Source: Macrostomum hystrix
Lineage: Eukaryota; Animalia; Platyhelminthes
Reading direction: 5' to 3'
DNA length: 64,000 nucleotides
Assembly (NCBI GenBank): GCA_950097015.1
Contig: CATNEN010000038.1
Coordinates: 34,224,001-34,288,000 of the forward strand
Shown: positions 59,201 to 64,000 of the stretch, one piece after another
Layout: every line of letters begins with the position of its first letter
Numbering within the stretch: position 1 is the stretch's first letter
Made by a program: the position numbers and the translations under genes
Notes under the pieces: model-generated
Seen by the model: the letters and a program-made list of their open reading frames with translations, nothing else
Database searches by the model: none
Told to the model about the DNA's origin: nothing

Positions 59201-60968
59201 CATTATCTTCTGTTGTCAGCTATATTCTGTCAGCTCATTAGCTTCTGTTTGCAGCTATATTTTGTCAGCTCATTAGCTTTTGATGTCAGCTATATTCTGT
59301 CAGCTCATTAGCTTCTGTTGTCAGCTATATTCTGTCAGCTCATTAGCTTCTGTTGTCAGCAATATTCTGTCAGCTCATTATCTTCTGTTGTCAGCTATAT
59401 TCTGTCAGCTCATTATCTTCTGTTGTCAGCTATATTCTGTCAGCTCATTAGCTTCTGTTTGCAGCTATATTGTGTCAGCTCATTAGCTTCTGATGTCAGC
59501 TATATTCTGTCAGCTCATTAGCTTCTGTTGTCAGCTATATTCTGTCAGTTCATTAGCTTCTGTTGTCAGCTATATTCTGTCAGCTCATTAGCTTCTGATG
59601 TCAGCTATATTCTTTCAGCTCATTAGCTTTTGATGTCAGCTATATTCTGTCAGCTCATTAGCTTTTGTTGTCAGCTATATTCTGTCAGCTGTTCTCACTA
59701 AGCAGTGGTTGCTAAAAATTATCAAACACTACAATCAATAGCTGCAATTCACCATACAGGTGTGGGATCCAATGTCCAGCGGAGAGAGTCAGCGACTCAG
59801 CGGACTGCTCAGTCGGTTAGTTCGCAAATTTCCTTCGGTCCACGCTGGTTCAGCTAGAACTCAGCAGCTCTGCCTGGCTGTGCACGATCGCCTGTCCGAG
59901 TTTGTCTCCAAGGAGCCTTTCATACCGCTGATGCTGGCTAAGCCGGCCGAGTCCACCTTCTATAACAGGCAGCTGGTTCAGGTAAGCAACTTATTTATTA
60001 ACAGTAGAACTACTAAGGGGGGCCTGATAACTGCACCCGAACGGAGCAACGCAAGCACACCAAAAATTATGAACACGGGCCAATTGTTTGTTGCGCATCT
60101 TTTGAAACAATAGTTAAGTCGCCAGCTCTTCAGACCGTCGAGATATTCAATGGTTCTGGCCGAAGGTCAGATTTTTTCCATAAGCGCTAGTGTATTTCAT
60201 ACACCCCTATACACGAATTAGCACTGCACCTCAGTTGCGGCCTTGCCAGGCCTTCATAATCTATCAGCATGTCATCCGAATGTGCCTGCATCATCTAGAG
60301 TCCAGACGGATTTGCTGGACCTTCAAGGGCAACAACAGGTGGAAATAGGCCACTATGGACACCCTGACTCGAATTTCTCCAATTTCACTGATCAAGCCTA
60401 AATATTAGGCGCAGCTCATTCACAGGGCATCATCGCCTAGTCTGTCAACCAATCAGTCACCACCTAACGCTGTTAGAATTCAGGCGCTGCCAACAAATTT
60501 CAGGGGGGTGGCAAAATAACTTGGTAGTCCTACTGTTAAATAGTAGAAGTGCTTCGTCGCAATCCAATCAGTTCTAATGCATAAATAAATGCCTGACTCG
60601 TTCTGCAGGCCATCAAGCTATTCACAAATGTTCTCCGCTTCTCCGAGCTGTTGAGTCCCAAGGCGATTCACCGGCTGAGCGCCGATTGTCTGCTAAGTCG
60701 CTACATCCTAGTTGGCCTAGGTAACTTGCCTGTCACCGATCGCCTGGTGACAAGATTGGACGCCATCCTGACAGCCCTGCCAGCCGATTTCCAGCTGCCC
60801 CGACCGTTTGCCGAGCTTGTCAAACGGATCATCGCCTCGGCGTCGGCTGTGCCGTCGGCGCCGACTGTAGCGTCGCTTGGCTTCGGTGGCAGCGTCGGCG
60901 GCGGTCTCTCGCCAACGTCTAGACTGGTGCTGAAAAAATTATCAAGCCTTTATTGGGTTAGCCAATGA
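56275..60968 (+). CDS. PAXBP1: PAXBP1/GCFC2-like (GC-rich sequence DNA-binding factor, Ntr2-related spliceosome disassembly factor), 6 exons visible, no genomic ATG
   Basis: Exons 56275-56769, 56868-57765, 58319-58485, 58678-59022, 59760-59981 and 60609-60968 join in phase. Motifs FKK..R.IR, LSF.DD..EEFRVKKS..SR, GIPD, EQQQLRRA, RRRQDVRDES, RRVAEREARRTRRR, FSDV..EY, YNPL, WDP.S. Confidence 0.88.
57769..58080 (-). mobile_element. SINE family B, full length with 11-bp TSD TCGCGGCGGTG
   Basis: TSD at 57758-57768 and 58081-58091; head GTGTCGGTGGCAGAGTGG on the minus strand; AT-rich tail at the left end. Confidence 0.9.
59061..59690. repeat. Intronic minisatellite, 35-bp unit TTAGCTTCTGTTGTCAGCTATATTCTGTCAGCTCA, ~18 copies
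   Basis: Direct tandem repeats. Confidence 0.95.
60002..60535. mobile_element. MITE family 'CAGTAG', copy 2 (intronic)
   Basis: TTAA|CAGTAGAACTACTAAG ... CTTGGTAGTCCTACTG|TTAA. Confidence 0.82.
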
Positions 60969-61029
60969 GGTTGAACAATTCCTTTACAAAATCCCGCCCA
61001 TGTCTGAAATAGTACCTGACATTGGCCCT

Positions 61030-61172
61030 TCCCGTCACCTGATCCCCAATCCCATCACCTGAGAATTGCCAATCCCATCACCTGATCCCCAATCCCATCA
61101 CCTGAGAATTGCCAATCCCATCACCTGATCCCCAATCCCATCACCTGATCCCAAATTCCATCACCTGAGAAT
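61030..61172. repeat. Short tandem repeat (CCAATCCCATCACCTGA..) in the 3' UTR
   Basis: About 7 alternating 20/22-bp units. Confidence 0.85.
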
Positions 61173-61809
61173 CGCCCTGGCCGAAATGTATCCCAGGATT
61201 TTATGTTAAATTGTGTGGTCTGATCGATAAATCAGGCACTGGACTAGCTGCATTTGTTGCTTTTTCATGAACTTTATATTATTTTTTCTTTGTTGATGAT
61301 TGCTTTGTTTGTGCTGCAAAAAATTCTAGCAAAAACTGTATAAACTATTTATATTAACTGTATGCTTGCCTGAATAAATAAATAATTACCTGAAGCTGAT
61401 TTTACAAATTACGGTTCATGCTCTAGGCATGCAGTTTTAAGGTCATGTCCAGTGATCAGGACCGATTAATCAAAGCTGTTATGAAAAGTACTCTATGTGA
61501 AATCAAACCTTTCAGAGATGCCTTTCCCTCTTCAACGGAAAGTCGACCAGAAGGCCATCTAACTTATTTTGGTCGGAGGGTCCGGACTCTTAATTAAGAC
61601 GCTCGATTTAAACGGCAACTATAGTTTAGATACAAAAACACGGAAGTAATTTGTTTCAGCACAGTAAAAGTTTCCTGAATAAAATTACTTTCGCGGTAAA
61701 TTTTGTTATTTTATTACAAAGTAGCAATTTTTTATCAAGTCGCTGATACAGTTGACCAACTGTTTTCTTTGTGTAATCATCTGTGTCTCAGTGACTATCA
61801 GTTCGTGAA

Positions 61810-62128
61810 CTGTGTCAGCGACTGATTCACTGTGTCAGCGACTGATTCACTGTGTCAGCGACTGTGATTCACTGTGTCAGCGACTGATTCACTGTGTCAG
61901 CGACTGATTCACTGTGTCAGCGACTGATTCACTGTGTCAGAGACTGATTCACTGTGTCAGCGACTGATTCACTGTGTCAGAGACTGATTCACTGTGTCAG
62001 CGACTGATTCACTGTGTCAGAGACTGATTCACTGTGTCAGAGACTGATTCACTGTGTCAGCGACTGATTCACTGTGTCAGCGACTGATTCACTGTGTCAG
62101 CGACTGATTCACTGTGTCAGCGACTGTG
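61810..62128. repeat. Minisatellite, 20-bp unit ACTGTGTCAGCGACTGATTC, ~15 copies
   Basis: Direct tandem repeats. Confidence 0.95.
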
Positions 62129-63124
62129 TCTTTGCGACGGTGATCAACAATGTCAGTTAGTGACCTTGGTTAACTGTCTCACTCATGTTAGTCGTAATTT
62201 TGTCACTTTGTTTTAAGCTTCAAATGAAATTCATTCCCGCTAAAAAATAGGGATGTTTCTTTGGGTGATTCCAGTTGAAATCTGCGGTGTTTCCAGAAAA
62301 AGAAACAGCCGAACGCTGGAAACATACCAATCGGATGATTCCATGCTTAGAATCTACCCAACTGGGCGTTTTCTCGGTGCTTCTTGGTGGCGAAATGGAA
62401 TCACCTAAAGAACCCTCCAGTTCGGAAGATTCCATGCTCAGAAACCGCCGAGGAATCGCCCGTAAATAATTCTCTGGTTGTCCCATGGGCCACTGGTTCG
62501 GGTGATTCTTCGGCGGTTTCCGCACAATTTACGGTTACATCGGCTGCTTCCTGGGTGGTTTCTTGAACTCTTGTGAGATAGGGGGGATTTTGGTAGATTC
62601 CACTCCTATTTTGCACAAAACCCGCCGAAGAAGCAGCCGAATTTTTTACAGGGTTTTCTGAAGAAAAAAATTTTCAGCTACTTACCTACTAAAATCTATC
62701 GAAAAAAATCGAATAGTTTTATTTTTTTTTTCGTGGCATTTTTCATAAACGCATCGGCCATCACTGTGAGCAATTTGAGTGACTTTATGATATACGCAGT
62801 TGTCAAGTAAAGAGTTTCGTGACAGAATTGCATAGTGCACGACCCCACTCCTTGTGGAATGAGTAGTAAGGCGCAATGAGTCGCTGGTCTCACAACCATA
62901 AAACTCCTTTCTGTCTGAGTTTAAGGTCGAACAAAGCTTGACGAGGTACAAGCCGATGCCCAGATTTTAGCTATCAGGTATCAAACGAGTTAAATTGAGC
63001 TACTACGTAAATTGTGAAAGTGGCTTATATATGGAGGCGTGGGTTAAATTGTCGATTGAACAAGTAACATAACATGATGCACGGTCTTAACTGTGGATTT
63101 ACTGGCTATTAACCCTTGGTTAAT

Positions 63125-63700
63125 CTGTGGACTTAAGGGCTCCATCGTTGACTTGGGGGCTCCATCGTGGACTTAGGGCCTCCATCGGGGACTTGTGGGC
63201 TGCATCGTTGACTTGGGGCTCCACCGTTGACTTGGGGCTCCACCGTTGACTTGGGGCTCCACCGTTGACTTGGGGGCTCCATCGTGGACTTGGGGGCTCC
63301 ACCGTTGACTTGGGGGCTCCATCGTGGACTTGGGGCTCAATCATTGACTTAGGGGCTCTACATTTCCAATGTCATAGACACATTCGCATTCCATATAGAC
63401 ACATTTCCAATGTCATAGACACATTCGCATGCCGTATAGACACATTTCCTATGTCATAGACACATTCGCATGCCATATACACATTTCCTATGTCATAGAC
63501 ACATTCGCATGCCGTATAGACTGCACATTTCCAATGTCATAGACACATTTCCTATGTCATAGACACATTTCCTATGTCATAGACACATTTCCAATGTCAT
63601 AGACACATTTCCTATGTCATAGACACATTCGCATGCCGTATAGACTGCACATTTCCAATGTCATAGACACATTTCCTATGTCATTGACACATTCGCATGT
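63125..63700. repeat. Two abutting minisatellites: ~21-bp GACTTGGGGGCTCCATCGTT-like (63125-63358) and ~20-bp CACATTTCC(A/T)ATGTCATAGA (63360-63700)
   Basis: Direct tandem repeats. Confidence 0.9.
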
Positions 63701-64000
63701 CATTATCAGCGTGTCCAGAAAGACTATACATGCTTGTTGGCATCGATTGCTAAATTTAAACAACATAAATGCAGCATGGGCGTCATATGATGACTGTGTT
63801 ATATTTAGGCATAGCGTCAGCCTGACGCCATTTTTCTAGCCTTGCGGAGTTAAGTTCGACATTTGCACATGCATTCATTTTAGTCGCAACACGTTTGGCT
63901 TGCCATTGCAAAGAGCTATTTTTAGAAACATATGTACACAGAGAACGAAACATACATATATATAGAAACGACTCATATTTTATACGTCTGTCAGTAAGAA

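Noticed and set aside
62230-62655. Possible TIR element (CCCGCTAAAAAA ... TTTTTTACAGGG) with short ORFs
   Set aside because: The ends are too degenerate, there is no clear TSD, and the ORFs have no recognisable domain.

Overview
Eukaryotic (animal) genomic DNA. It has GT-AG spliced genes with GC-rich exons, AT-rich spacers, about 25 private minisatellite arrays and many SINE/MITE insertions. The style suggests a free-living flatworm such as Macrostomum, but this is inference only. Genes in order: a tandem cluster of intronless secreted PAN/apple + C-type-lectin-like genes (3 intact, 1 truncated, 1 orphan 3' fragment); an intronless divergent rhodopsin-class GPCR; two SUEL (rhamnose/galactose-binding) lectins; a 5-exon carotenoid oxygenase (BCO/RPE65 family) with a signal-like N-terminus; an acylphosphatase-like gene; a GT32 DXD glycosyltransferase; a bombesin/CCHamide-type GPCR; a FAAH-like amidase; and a PAXBP1/GCFC2-like gene. 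Mobile DNA: two tRNA-derived SINE families, a solo LTR, a defective Charlie hAT, a LINE 3' fragment, an IS630/Tc1-like pseudogene and several MITE families. Most notable: (1) the lectin cluster has a near-identical central core with highly divergent ligand-binding tips, mosaic SNP sharing and spare 3' cassettes, which suggests conversion-based receptor diversification; (2) a SINE inserted exactly at an exon end of the PAXBP1-like gene, and its target-site duplication creates a frame-preserving replacement donor; (3) that gene has no genomic start codon, which fits a spliced-leader-supplied AUG, and it is preceded by a CpG desert; (4) a satellite built of heat-shock and STAT elements lies upstream of a lectin; (5) two MITE copies have their cores inverted relative to their ends. 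All calls were made by eye; no database searches were run.
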